Shown here piece after piece: positions 42,332 to 56,825 of a stretch of DNA of 64,000 nt (position 1 is its first letter; each line of letters begins with the position of its first letter). The notes under the pieces are model-generated. The model worked only from the letters and a program-made list of their open reading frames with translations. It had not been told where the DNA came from and made no database searches. The position numbers and the translations under genes are program-made. The stretch is from assembly GCA_904063045.1 (NCBI GenBank), contig CAJFCJ010000003.1, forward strand, positions 1,798,001 to 1,862,000. The letters are read 5' to 3'. This DNA is from Dimorphilus gyrociliatus. Lineage: Eukaryota > Animalia > Annelida.

Positions 42332-45217
42332 TTAATTTACACTATAAGCTCTATTCACTTTACTCTCCGACAATGCTGTAGACTTAAAAGTTTCCATATC
42401 ATTATCCACCCCCTTGTCCAATTTAAACATCACACTGAACATTTCACCGCCCAACTTTCTAGCCAACCACTTATTTTTTATTACTGCTACCTAGATTGAG
42501 AAAAAAGAATTAATTAGTTGGTACTATTTTAAATTTCAATTTCACCTTTAAGCAATCACATCGTAATTTCACGTTTAAATTAGTGTGTATTGCTCGACCC
42601 ATACCTTCCAAAATTACAAGGTCTATTTGTTTTGTATTCATAATGTCCGCTAAAGCAGAGTCAATATATCTCAAATCAAGACAGGGAGATTGGTGACCTG
42701 ATTCCATGGCTGTAATTTGACCCTTTCTTATGGCATTTTTTATAACTTCATCAATAGCTGACGCTTCTCTTAAAAGCTCTTTTAATTCTTGAATAGTTAC
42801 GTCATTTAAAGCTGGCCCAGAATTGGACACTAATATAATTCTTTTTGAACCCAATCTAATCAGTTCCCTCACAAGGGGGAATATTCCTAATATTATATCT
42901 GCTCCTGAATTATCCACAAATATCACAATATTGTTATAAATGTTTGTTTTTAGACGATTAAGCCAGTCATCATAACTGTCAAATAGCCAGGGTCTAGATT
43001 GAAGGCAGTTTAAGGCATTAGAAAAATTAAAATGCTCTTTGCTCTCCAGAAGTTTTCTAACTTCTTCAGCACCCCAATCAAATACGTTTCCAGCTAGAAC
43101 ACCCTATTAATATAAATGTTAAAATGAAAATTTTCTGTGCGTATATTTTTGGGGAAAATATTACCTTGGCAATAGAAAGTTGCCTATCTATAAAGCTAAG
43201 GTCATCCAGATAATTTAATCTCTCTTTGAAATACTTTAACGCAGTTGCATTTTCTCTTGTTTTCTCCTAGCGTGAAGTAAAATATTAATTGTATAAAATA
43301 TAGAGAAAAAATATACTTCTTCATAAGGGTCAGAGAATTGATGCTCTTGTAGTACACACTCACGAAGATCTAATAAACTGCGAACAGTTAATGACCCAAA
43401 AGCTCTGGAATAAATTTATGAATATAACTTTCTCTTTAAAAAGTAAAACTTACATGGGATTTTTATGAATCTTGTCGAGTCTCTCTAAATACTCAATTTT
43501 AAAGCAATTACTTCTTTTTTCAGAATCTAAACAAGAAGGTTGACTTTCTTTTGCTTTCTCAGCGTACTATTGTGAAAAAGCAAACTTAGGTGTTATTTAT
43601 ATTGTAAAATTATTTGTGTTACTTTATCGGTGGCTTCTTTAAAGCATCGAAGCCAATATTCTCTAGCGTCATCATCTTTTGTTAGATCAACAACATCAGG
43701 ATGATAGGAGCTAAAATCAAGTAACAAGGGGCATGGCTTAAGATGGCAACATCTTCTTGTGAACTCCAGCTGGTCACACTAGATAATTGAAAAGACTGGT
43801 AATAGTCAAACTTTCAAAGACAATACCTACAGTGAAAGCAGTATCAACTTCTTCGGAAATTGATAAATGACGAGTTTTGAGTGTTCCAGAACCATTACTA
43901 CTGCCTTTTGTCTTAAGAAAATATGTTGGACTTAAACCAGAACTTCCAGCATAATTTTCCATCCATGAGCTTTCATTTTCAGCTTCTGCTCCCTTCAAAA
44001 AGGCTCCAATTGCACCAAGGTATCCTTCATGGCGTAAAAACAAGGCTTGAATTTCTCCTGCACTCCAAAAATTAATTGCGTATGTTATAGTGTGCATAGT
44101 TGCATGATATCCCCTTATAAAATATCCTCCGAAATATATTTTCTTTAGATTATGTAAACGAGCATGAAGATATGCAATTTGACATATGTTATTACTTATC
44201 ATTATAAGTAGACTTCGCAAACGGTCCGATTCTTCAAATTTTGCAGAATTGTCATTTTTTTCTTTCAGAGTCTTTGCAGCCTTACCGAAACTACTAGCTA
44301 TTAAATCGGCTGGCAAATTAAATCCAGGACATACACCACCATATATATCACCCACCAACATATCAATATGTTTATGATCTCCCTTAGCGGCGATGTCTAA
44401 CATTTCGTCGAAGCCTTGAGCCTTCGTAAGCTGTGATCCTAGGCCCCAGAAAGTACCACCACCAATACTGGATCCGCCGATACGAACAAATTTGTTAGGG
44501 CCGTCAACCTTGATAACACTAACTCCGGATCCACATTGGACCAATAGATAGGGAAACATTGTGTTATGATCTGGAGTTTGGAAAATGTAAGGAGGTCTTT
44601 CGTTTTTTTGATACAAAAACACCTCATCTTCAATGTTCCTCAATAGAAAATTACAGCCCTTAATAAGACACTCCATTTCATCTTCTTTTTCGATTCTGTA
44701 TAATAATAATTGCTAGAGATTCAGAGATTCAAATAGCACTAAAATAACAATATTTTCATCTTACTTGACTCTCAATTTCTCTGAAACCATTGCTGAAAAT
44801 TTGAAGGCACCTCCACCAGTTACTTTAACAACATTGTTATCTTGGAGAGGGGCTTTCAGTAGATTTTTATTTATAAAATCTAGACAGGCTTCTATGTACT
44901 TAGTTTCAAATTTGATAAAATGCAACCTTTCACCCAAGCACCTGCTGGAGTTGTCAAATGATGATTTTTGCGAAACGGAAACAGTGTGATCGTTTTTATC
45001 ATGGGATAGATGATCCGATTGGCTCTTGGAGGGTATTTTAGCACAATAGGCTAGTTTCGTCAGAGAACCTCCTGAAATAGATTGGGAAATTTTATTATTT
45101 TATAAGAAAATCTAAGTTTTTACCGATATCAAGTGCGAAGCTTTTTGCATACTGGATATTTTTAAAAATAACTTCCGGAGGGAGCTCAATACTTTTGGCA
45201 TATTCGGTTTCAGCCAT
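42332..45217 (-). CDS. PANK4: Pantothenate kinase 4 (type II PanK domain plus DUF89/ARMT1-like phosphatase), multi-exon
   Basis: [15 protein letters not shown]|[61 protein letters not shown] and [11 protein letters not shown]. Spliced stop at 42332-42334. Confidence 0.95.
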
Positions 45218-45657
45218 AAGAGCTTGAAATTCAGGGGATACGATTTGTTTAACGTAAATAAAATACAATCGTCCTTGACTGTTTCTGATAGTGCCATCTA
45301 GTGCAGAAGTTAATGCATTATTAGATTCAATATACAATACAATAATTTAAAATTGACTTTCCATGAACAATAGTATATTTGGTAAACCGTTAATTTATTA
45401 ATTTAACAGAATTTGGTTTAAATATTAAAATTACGAAGTTTCACTTGCATAACGTTGAACAAAGTGTTTTACTTCCTCAGGGAGTTATAGTTATTATGTA
45501 TTGACGGTAGAAAATAGTATTATACGAAGCGGATAACAATGTCATTCGATGATGGAACAAACTTAAGGATTCAAACGTAGTAACTGCAGATAAAATGCAA
45601 ATATAGAAGGCATACAATTCAGTAAAATTTTTTAAACTAGAATTCATATTCATTATT

Positions 45658-46197
45658 CTACAATAAAATGCAGCATGATCTCTGATTTCGTTTTGGGTGA
45701 TAATTCATTTCACGAACTATCTCAATAAATACATTATTAACATTGTGCGAATTTTTCGCTGAAGCCTCTAGGAAAGGGCAAGACCAATCATGAGCTAGAC
45801 ATTTACCTTCCTCTGTGCTTACTTCGCGTTGAGGTTCTAAATCCACTTTATTTCCCACTAATAATATGGGCGCTCTGTCCGTTCCCTTAACTCTCGAAAT
45901 CTGGTCCTTCATGGTCCGAATATCGTGAAAAGTCTGCGAACCCGTTATTGAATACACCACGATGAAGCCTTGTCCATTTTTAATATACAAATCTCTCATG
46001 GAAGCAAATTGTTCAGTTCCAGCAGTATCCAAAATTTCCAACACAGAAGGTGCATCGTCAACAGCTATTTCCTTGCGGTAAAAATCTTCAATTGTTGGGT
46101 CATATTTTTCAACAAAAGTTCCTGATACAAATTTTAAGGCCAGAGCTGATTTTCCAACTCCCCCACTACCCAATACCACCACTTTGTATTCTTTCAT
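45658..46197 (-). CDS. RAP2: Ras-related small GTPase Rap2, intronless
   Basis: [48 protein letters not shown]-terminal CCILL CaaX. Confidence 0.92.
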   Translation of the reverse strand: MKEYKVVVLGSGGVGKSALALKFVSGTFVEKYDPTIEDFYRKEIAVDDAPSVLEILDTAGTEQFASMRDLYIKNGQGFIVVYSITGSQTFHDIRTMKDQISRVKGTDRAPILLVGNKVDLEPQREVSTEEGKCLAHDWSCPFLEASAKNSHNVNNVFIEIVREMNYHPKRNQRSCCILL

Positions 46198-47228
46198 TAT
46201 TCACCCTAGATAATAATTCCGACATTAAGAAAACGTCTACGAAACGTATATGACACACAAATTACTATTTAACACAATTTACAAACTTACAAATTATTCG
46301 TTATATATGTTCTAAGTCTTTACTCAGAGATACCTTGCTCTTATCACTTAAAATCAGTTAATCGGTAAGGCTTTTTGAAAATTGCTATAATAAATCTGAA
46401 AAAGTAACAATTGTTAGCTAATAACTAGTAAAAACGTTTAGTTTTAATTTTTTACTCTTTTTTAAGCATAATCTACTCTAGTTGTCGACTTTTCCCAGTG
46501 AGCATGATTTTTCGTCTACATGGTTAACAACAGGGTGCGGCGTTAATATTACTTGCTTTTAAGCAGCTGCGAAGTTGTCACAGGTTAATCACGTATTATG
46601 AAAATATCGTTTGATAATCATAAAACACCATCATTTAAAACTCACAATTTTATAAATACAATGTTGAATGCACTAAATATGATAGTTAGATGATATTTGT
46701 TTTATATTCCGTACATTTTACAGATAGTTTTTAGACAGCCAACAACAGCGACCTCTATAGTTTGTTTCCTGTACATCCTGTGTATAAATGTTTTACTGTT
46801 TGAAAAGTAGTCACTGCTCATCGAAAATATTTTATTCAAATAATTAATTCGTTTTATTTTAGATTGAAATTGAAAAATTTAATTACGTTTCGATATTCTT
46901 GAAACTTGATTTAATAAATTTTCTATTTAGCAGTTTGAAATTTATTGAAATATTCTCATAAATGATACAACTGAAATAGAACGTCAAAAACTTTTTCAAA
47001 GGAAAGAATAAAGCTACACGGATCATTTGCAAACAAATTTTCAAAGATTTAAGATCGGTACTGGTACTAAGAAATATATATTTCATTCGTTTCCCTTTAG
47101 ATTATAAACCCCATATAGCACATCACGGCACTGACGCATCCTTCACTGAAAACGCATACTTGTCTAAGAATCTAAATCTCACTCAAAGTCATATTTTACT
47201 GCAAAACATAAGATTTTAATCGTGTAAA

Positions 47229-48723
47229 TCATAATTCTACATCCTGACAAACAATAATAGGTGAATTTGGCTTGGACTGCAGCCGAATTAGTTGAAGTCT
47301 CGAATAGTTTTCCAAACTTTTCTCTGGAACTGTGACTTGATGAAGCGGCTTAGAATTTGCTGCTTGTCTAACCACATTCTCTTTGTAACTGTTAGAAGGC
47401 TTTGAAAAAGTATACATTTTTCGGTACTGCTTACTTATTCGACAATGTAGAGCTCGACGAAATGACAATCGAAATTTGCTTGACATCATGTTATACACAA
47501 TAGGATTGACAGTTGAATTTAAATATAACATAATTCGTATAAAATTAAGCAAATTCTGCAATCTTTCTCTGCCAAACTTTTTCAAAGTGTCTTGTTTAGT
47601 GAAAATAATCCAGAGTCTAAAAAATACGTGAGGTGCTAGACAAACGAAGAATAAGACGACTACTGCTAGTAACATAATCACAACTTGACGGCGAGTTTTT
47701 ATTTGAGTGCAACTTCTTTCATTTGCTTTTTGAGAAATATATTTATCTGTTATTAATTGCTTGGAAATGAACGCATACAAGGCTACCAGAAAAACGAAGG
47801 GAAGGAAAAAATACACTGTGGAGAAACCAACAAGATAAGCTTTTTCGCTGATTTTTGTCATATAAGTTCGACAGGTCTGAATATGTTGTCCATTTAACCA
47901 TATAACGTCTTTCAGTTTGGCCATCGCAAATAATGGGCAACAAGTTACAAAAGCAAGAATCCATATAAAAATACAAATTTTTACCGTTCGTTTTATGGTG
48001 CATGAAGAACTTGCATGCAGAGGGCGGCAGATGGCACAATATCTTTCAAAACTAATAGCCAAGATTGTGAGAACGGATGCAGCATTCACACAACTTTCCA
48101 AAACGGGCAAGAATTTACCTGCACAACCATAAAAAAGTACTCGTTAAAGAAATTTTTTCAAATTTAATACGTCCCTCATAGAAATTAATTAAATTTTCTT
48201 TTTCACTCTGAATCATTTTAGATGATAAAAGGGCTCTATTTTTTTTTACAAAATACAATGATTAAATTTCTTGAAGGTGACGTTTCATGCTAAATGTGTC
48301 AAAAAGTACATATTAAACTTCTTTTAAAAAAAATTAAATTAGGTTGGGTAATTTTAAAGGAAAATTGCTAAAGATTTATCTTTATTACATAAATAATTTA
48401 ATGAAAAGAAATTTTAAAAGTTGCATGTAGAAGATGAGAAACTTACACATGAAACTACCAAAAAACCACTGATCTCTCGCATATAAGTCCACAATAGCAG
48501 ATGGCATACAAATAATCAAAGCAAGACAGTCGGCGATGCTGAGATTGACAAGAAAATAATTTGTGGAATTTCTTAAGTCTTTATTCCATTTAACAACCAT
48601 AACAACCAATACATTTCCAATTACACCAGACGTGAAAATGATGATATAAGAAGTTGTTACTAAAAGTAGCATATATATTGGGTGCTCAGGCAAATTTCTT
48701 GTAGTATTTAATGATACATTCAT
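47229..48723 (-). CDS. Peptide GPCR of the ETH-receptor/TRHR/GHSR-like group, 2 exons (48447-48723, 47229-48118)
   Basis: NSTNYFLVNLSIAD, ASVLTILAISFERY, RRQVVIMLL, RIMLYLNSTVNPIVYNMMSSKFR, closest by recall to ecdysis-triggering hormone receptors. A 328-nt GT-AG intron splits the TM3 Cys codon. Confidence 0.75.
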
Positions 48724-49745
48724 ATTTTTCTTAGAAGGAAGTATCCCGTTCTAAAAATAATAGATCCTTTCCGATATGTTGCTGCAGCTATTCTGCAACT
48801 CCGTTATTATTTGACATCGCGTGACGTCGGAAAATCTGTACGTATAGAACCTCTGTTAATAAATAATGTTTAACAAGGTAGGCTCAACGAAGGGCGTCAA
48901 AGTATGTAGTATTACAAAAATTTTTAAATACCAAACATCCTAAAAAAATCTATCAACCACCTTCCACTCACGGTTATTTGTAATTTTCTTTTAAGATCAC
49001 GTTTTCCATCACAGTATATAACGTTTCTAATTTTTATATGATCAACATGAAATTTTTAAATCTTTTTTATAGCATTTCGAAACTTTCATAACTGAAGAAT
49101 ATATGCTTCGACTATACAAAACTACCTATCAATTTTAGAATTGGAAATGCCAACTAAAAAGGAACCAAGCCTTAAAATAATTGGGGGATTACTGTTAATT
49201 AATTAAATTATTTTGATTGAAATATTCAGATATAAACGTTCAAATTTAAGAACTTGTAATTTTCAAACACTATTCTGTCAAATTCTGATCCCTTTAATTT
49301 GTAATTTTTTTCAAGCATTTTCTATCGACACTGTAATTTTAGAAAACTAAATATAAAGGATATCAAATTAGGATAATTTGAACTAAAGATAACCGCCATT
49401 TTCATGCTTCGAGGTCTTTAAAATTAATGTGAACCTTAATTATTATTGTTGCAATAAAAAGCTATAAAGATTTCAGTATTTGGAAGAATCGATTTTTTTT
49501 GAAAAACACTGGAGACATCTGTTGGATAAATATCAAAGAAATTAAAGATGAATATGGAAGTTTACAGAAAGAGTATAGAAAATTATCTTTTGATATTTAG
49601 TGCGAACGGTACGAAAATATCACTAACACAAGTGGTATGTATTTAGTTTTGTTGTACAGATAATTTACTCTTAGTGTTGCTGAGTCCTTTGACCGATTCC
49701 ATACTTAGACACGAATGTTTAAGAAGCGTTAAAAAACCAGCACGG

Positions 49746-50777
49746 TCAAAAAGTTGTTTGAGCGATTAAGGAGTATGTGGTTTGTGAAGTGCTCACATTT
49801 TTCTGTAAATCTATTCTTCTTGTTCTCTCACACGCAATGAAATTCTCGTTGACCACAGACCTACGAAATGATACGAAACACAGAATTTTGTAAAAAGCCC
49901 GACGAAATTCTGTGTTAAAGATGGAATACAAAATTGGATTTAAAGTGCTGTTTACGTAACCCATCCAAGTTGTGACAATGAATAAGATTTGCGGAATGCA
50001 ATTTTCACACAAAGCCGATACTGAGTTAATGGTAAAAAACGGAGCCCAGCAAAGAAGAAATATTCCCATAATCACCCCTAAAGTTTTAGCTGCTTTTGCA
50101 TTCGAATATTTATGCAAGGAATGTGGTAGGAACTGACGTGTCGTTCGTTGGATTATCTCCGCGTGCTTTCTAGCTGACTTGTATAATCGGCTATATAAAA
50201 TTATCATGACTATACACGGAAGGAAAAAACTGATTGTAGATGATGCAATGGCGTAAACTGGATGAAGATTCATCACACAGGTATCGTTGAAAGGTTTTTT
50301 TGCCTGTCCGTGTAAATCCAGCTGAATTGGTAAAAAAGATATAAGAACTGAGCATATCCAAATGGCTCCTATTATTATCATTACTTTCTTTCGATTCACT
50401 TTATCGTGATATCTCAATGGCTCTCTGACATACAGATATCTGTCGAGACTAACGGCGCACAAATTAAAAATTGATGCTGTTGAACACATGATGTCCATTG
50501 ATATCCAAATCTTACAGAACTTTTCACCAAAGATCCAGCTCTCAAAAATTTCATTTATTCCAGCAAAAGGCATTACCATTCCGAGAACTAAAAGGTCAGC
50601 CATAGCAAGAGAAATGAGGAAAAAATTCCCAGCTTTCCGCAAATGTCGCTCCGTCGATATAGCAAGGCAAACAAGGATATTTCCAAGCAAACCTATTATT
50701 ATTGTAAGTGCCAAAAGTGTTAATTTAATACCGTCAAACAACTCTTTGTCACCATTGATCGACGAATTTCGAACCAT
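49746..50777 (-). CDS. D1-like dopamine receptor (Dop1R1 type), intronless CDS
   Basis: SMDIMCSTASIFNLCAVSLDRY, TM5 YAIASSTISFFLP, short ICL3, KAAKTLGVIMGIFLLCWAPFF, NPILYSIFNTEFRRAF. Confidence 0.85.
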   Translation of the reverse strand: MVRNSSINGDKELFDGIKLTLLALTIIIGLLGNILVCLAISTERHLRKAGNFFLISLAMADLLVLGMVMPFAGINEIFESWIFGEKFCKIWISMDIMCSTASIFNLCAVSLDRYLYVREPLRYHDKVNRKKVMIIIGAIWICSVLISFLPIQLDLHGQAKKPFNDTCVMNLHPVYAIASSTISFFLPCIVMIILYSRLYKSARKHAEIIQRTTRQFLPHSLHKYSNAKAAKTLGVIMGIFLLCWAPFFTINSVSALCENCIPQILFIVTTWMGYVNSTLNPILYSIFNTEFRRAFYKILCFVSFRRSVVNENFIACERTRRIDLQKNVSTSQTTYSLIAQTTF

Positions 50778-51068
50778 TCTTTTCTTTTCGCTGCTAAAGC
50801 TCGAGTGGCGCTTTATACTACAACGTTTCCAATTTTATGCTAATTCAAATTTCGGAAAAATTTTTTCAGTTTTGAACGATAGGCTAGATGATGAAAGTAA
50901 ATATCGTCATGTTGATAACGAAGTTTATTCGTTAAATTGTATATTAGACAACAATGGCTAATTATCATGTTCTATCATTTACATACATGCATATCTATCA
51001 ATAAGACTAAAACTATTGAATATTTTCAATATCCAAAATGATTTCAATATTTGCTCAAAATGTTTAGT

Positions 51069-53012
<1,944 letters not shown>

Positions 53013-53024
53013 AATGAATTACGA

Positions 53025-53049
53025 TCATGTGATTCTCAGGCACATGACT
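53025..53049. promoter_or_regulatory. Two M-box/CLEAR-like E-boxes immediately upstream of V-ATPase B
   Basis: TCATGTGA at 53025-53032 and GCACATGACT (reverse complement AGTCATGTGC) at 53040-53049, 13-37 nt upstream of the ATG. Confidence 0.6.
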
Positions 53050-53335
53050 TCTGTTAAACGTGCTCTTATTCCGGAGCATGTAGAATTATTCAAAATAGTA
53101 TGGCAGTCTGAACCACTCTAGTAACCAACAACCAATCGTTAAGACATTTCAGTGTCAGGGACGAAAAGATTATTGATAATGATAAGCTCTGAGAAAAAAA
53201 CGTAATTTCATTTGTTTTAATCGCTTATCAAATACCATCCTTATCAGAAACAGATATAGTTGATTACGATTAAAATTTGTCAAGTTGACTGCTTTGAGAA
53301 GTCGTTTTCTGCTTAAACTGGTCTATGTACCTAGC

Positions 53336-56300
53336 ATGGCGAAGTATGAAGCTTGGAAGGGGAAGTTTAACATCTTACTAGTTTTTTTTGGTTTAGCTTT
53401 TTCAAATGGAGAGTCTAAAATAAAAATTTTTGGAATGATGCCTGTAGATTCCAAAATTAATGACGAAGGACATCAAACTATTTTTACCAAGAAATATTTT
53501 TCTATGATGGAAAATATTGACAATCAACTGAGGTTATTTGGAGCTGGTATCACAAATAAAACAGTAGTTAGCTTTGCTAAGAAAAATACGGATTTTACTG
53601 CAAGGTTTTCTGATCCATGTCAAGATGATCGTGTTACAAAAGCTTTCCGTGTTGAACCTGATTCCATCAGCAATTATTCTGCAATAGTAACTTTGAACTT
53701 GCCTTTTATTAATAATGATGAGAACTATCTTATTTGCACTCGGGATGATAATAAGAGTATGATGTGGATTTATCAAGATTCTTATGAGTGGATGAAGTTC
53801 AAAATGCATAAGAAACCCACGACTATCTTACCAACTTGGCTTCAAATTCTTTTTATAATGTGTTTGCTTACTATGTCTGGCTTGTTCTCTGGTTTAAATT
53901 TGGGCCTCATGTCATTAGATATGACAGAATTAGATATTATAGCTAGATGTGGTGATGAGAAAGAGAAAAAATATGCAAAGCGTATCCATCCAGTTCGAAA
54001 GAGAGGAAACTATTTGCTTTGTACTATTCTATTAGGCAATGTTCTAGTGAATAATACTCTGACCATTCTTTTAAGTGATTTAACAGGCTCAGGAGTTGTG
54101 GCAGTTTTATCATCGACAGCAGGTATTGTTGTATTTGGTGAAATCGTTCCTCAAGCTATTTGTTCAAGACACGGTTTGGCTATTGGAGCGCATACAATAT
54201 GGTTTACTTATTTTTTCATGGGTGTAACAGCAATAGCTTCCTATCCAATTTCGAAAATTTTGGATGCTGTATTAGGAGAAGAGATTGGTAATTTTTATTC
54301 AAGGGATAGGTTAAAAGAGCTATTGAATGTCACACAAAAACAAATTGGCATGCAATACGACGAAATGAAGATAATCGAAGGAGCTTTGGCTTTAACTCAA
54401 ATCACAATTCGAGATGTAATGACTCCTCTAGATGATGTATACATGATTGACATAAATCGAAAGCTAGATTTTGAAACACTTTCAGAGATTAACCAAAGCG
54501 GATATTCTAGAATACCAGTGTATGAAGGAGACAGGACTAATATATCATATTTTCTATATTACAAAGATTTAACAATGTTAGACACGGAGAAGAATTTAAC
54601 TATAAGACAAGTGTGCGAATTTTATAATAGGAAAGCTGTTTACGATTTCGATGATACAAAACTTGATCACATTCTGAATAGATTTAAGTCGGGTAAGTTT
54701 CTTGACACTACCCTGCTTCATACTGTTAGATGCCTTTAGCAAGGTCAAACTGATCAAATCTTCATTTTAAAGACTGTTTATTTAAAAATCAATATTCCAG
54801 GTGAGACCCACATGGTCGTAGTTCAATCTGCTATTAACTACGCGGATAAAGATCCAGATTATGTTCCTATCGGTATAGTCACATTGGAGGATGTTATTGA
54901 GGAAATATTACAGACTGAAATTGTTGACGAAACAGATAGATATAGTAGGGCATTCATTTCAATGAATTTAATAAATTATTTTTTTTTAATCAGCTGATAA
55001 TCGAGAGAAAAAACCGCGAAAGAGGCATTTGAAAGATTTATCTTACTTTAGGCAAAAGCCTTCCGCAAACTCTCTTACAATTTCGCCTCAGTTGGCAGTT
55101 GCCGTTTATCAATATCTATCCACAGGTATACTTCTAGTTTATCTTTCTAATATCTTGAACAATAATCTTCATTGTCCCATAGCTGTGGAATCTTTTAAGT
55201 CGGAGTACATTTCTGAAGGAGTCTTGAAGCAATTAATTCAAAAACCCTCAAATTGTTGCAGATTTAAATTAGGAGTAAGTAAAATTTTATTTAGTTTTGA
55301 GAATTGTTCTAAAGCGAATTGCTGGAATTTCCTGATAACAGTCAGAAACCAAATATGACGCACCATCGGACAATGAGGTTAATTTGTAAAGTACCATTTA
55401 TCCCTGATAACAGCTAGCTCGCACTTGCATAACAGTCATAATTTTGCAGCTTGTCCAATTCGTGATTAGCTACTCAAATTTATCAACATTGATTTACTTT
55501 GATTCGATGCTCTTACTTTGTATTTTTAATGAAAATTTTATGTACAGGCTGCCGGGACAGAAGCAAAAAATCTTCTCTATCAACGTGGTAAGCCTGGAGA
55601 TTTCTTTATTCTTATACTTCAGGGCAAAGTGGAAATCGTTATTGGAAAGGAAGAAATGGTATTTCAAGGTGGCAGTTTTCATTGCTTTGGTTTACCAGCT
55701 TTAACAGGTCATTATAGTTTAATAACGGATCGTTTCAGATAGTGAACAGAATGCTTAAAGTGTAACATGATAAATATAATATTTTTTTTGTTACAGTTTC
55801 GCATGAGTTACTATATAAAGTGAAAAGTATGCTATCGTTAAAACCTATATATTGCTTCATTTCTTTGCTGTTACTCACTCGTTATAGCGTGTCTTCTAAC
55901 TGAGTTATTTTTACTCCAAAAATCATTAATAGCTACATATACTAGATCTTCAGCGAATTAGTTTTGTTCGCATACATCTTATTCTATTATTTTAAATTTC
56001 TTCTCTTAAAACTGCTGCTGTGTCAGTGCAAACATTTCGTTTTTAAACACTAATGTACATTTTTAGTATTAACTGTATGACATTCCTATGTCTTATCATA
56101 TTATAATCACTAATTGAAGTTATCTTCATTAAGATTAAGAAATTTATTGTTGCGTTTTTTTCAGATGAAGTTACCGATCAATCGGTTTCAGGAAAACCTA
56201 ATGACTCCGCTGCTGTTGGGAGAGCAACTATGCAGCGTCTCTCTCAGAAGGAAGCTCATTACAAGCCTGACTATACAGTAAGGGCTGTTACAGACTTAGA

Positions 56301-56595
56301 ATATTTAAGAATTGATAGAGAAATGTACAAAAATGCTTTACAATCAACTATTCTCGAGAGACAAGTGTCGAAAAAATCTGTGTCAAAAGATTGTGGATTA
56401 AACGAAACAGTACCTGAAGATAAGCAGAGTCCTGGTATCACAAGTAGTCTTATAGAGTTAAATAAGGAAAATAAGGAAAATAGCACTTTGATAAGTAAAA
56501 CTGGGTCTTTGAACGATATTCGAGTCGAAATGTCTCCTCTTCTCAAAGGAGAAGCTGAGGAATTGAATACAACTAAAACTAGTTCAAATATATAA
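53336..56595 (+). CDS. CNNM: CNNM (cyclin M/ACDP) metal transporter: DUF21, CBS pair, CNBH; multi-exon
   Basis: [91 protein letters not shown] and YKPDYTVRA. Confidence 0.95.
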
Positions 56596-56825
56596 ATTAA
56601 TATTCCCTTTAGTAAATTTGGATTGTCTCATGCTACAAAATAACTTTTGCTTCACTTTGTTTTTTGTCTAGGCGCATAATTGTTTTCGAAATTGGCTTGT
56701 TACTGTTCTAGTGATTTATGTTGACTACAAAGTTATTTATTTTTAACGGAGTTCTATTCTCAGAAATAATTGTTATAAAATATTACTGTAGTTATGTAAA
56801 AAATATTTGATAAAAATTTCGTTAA

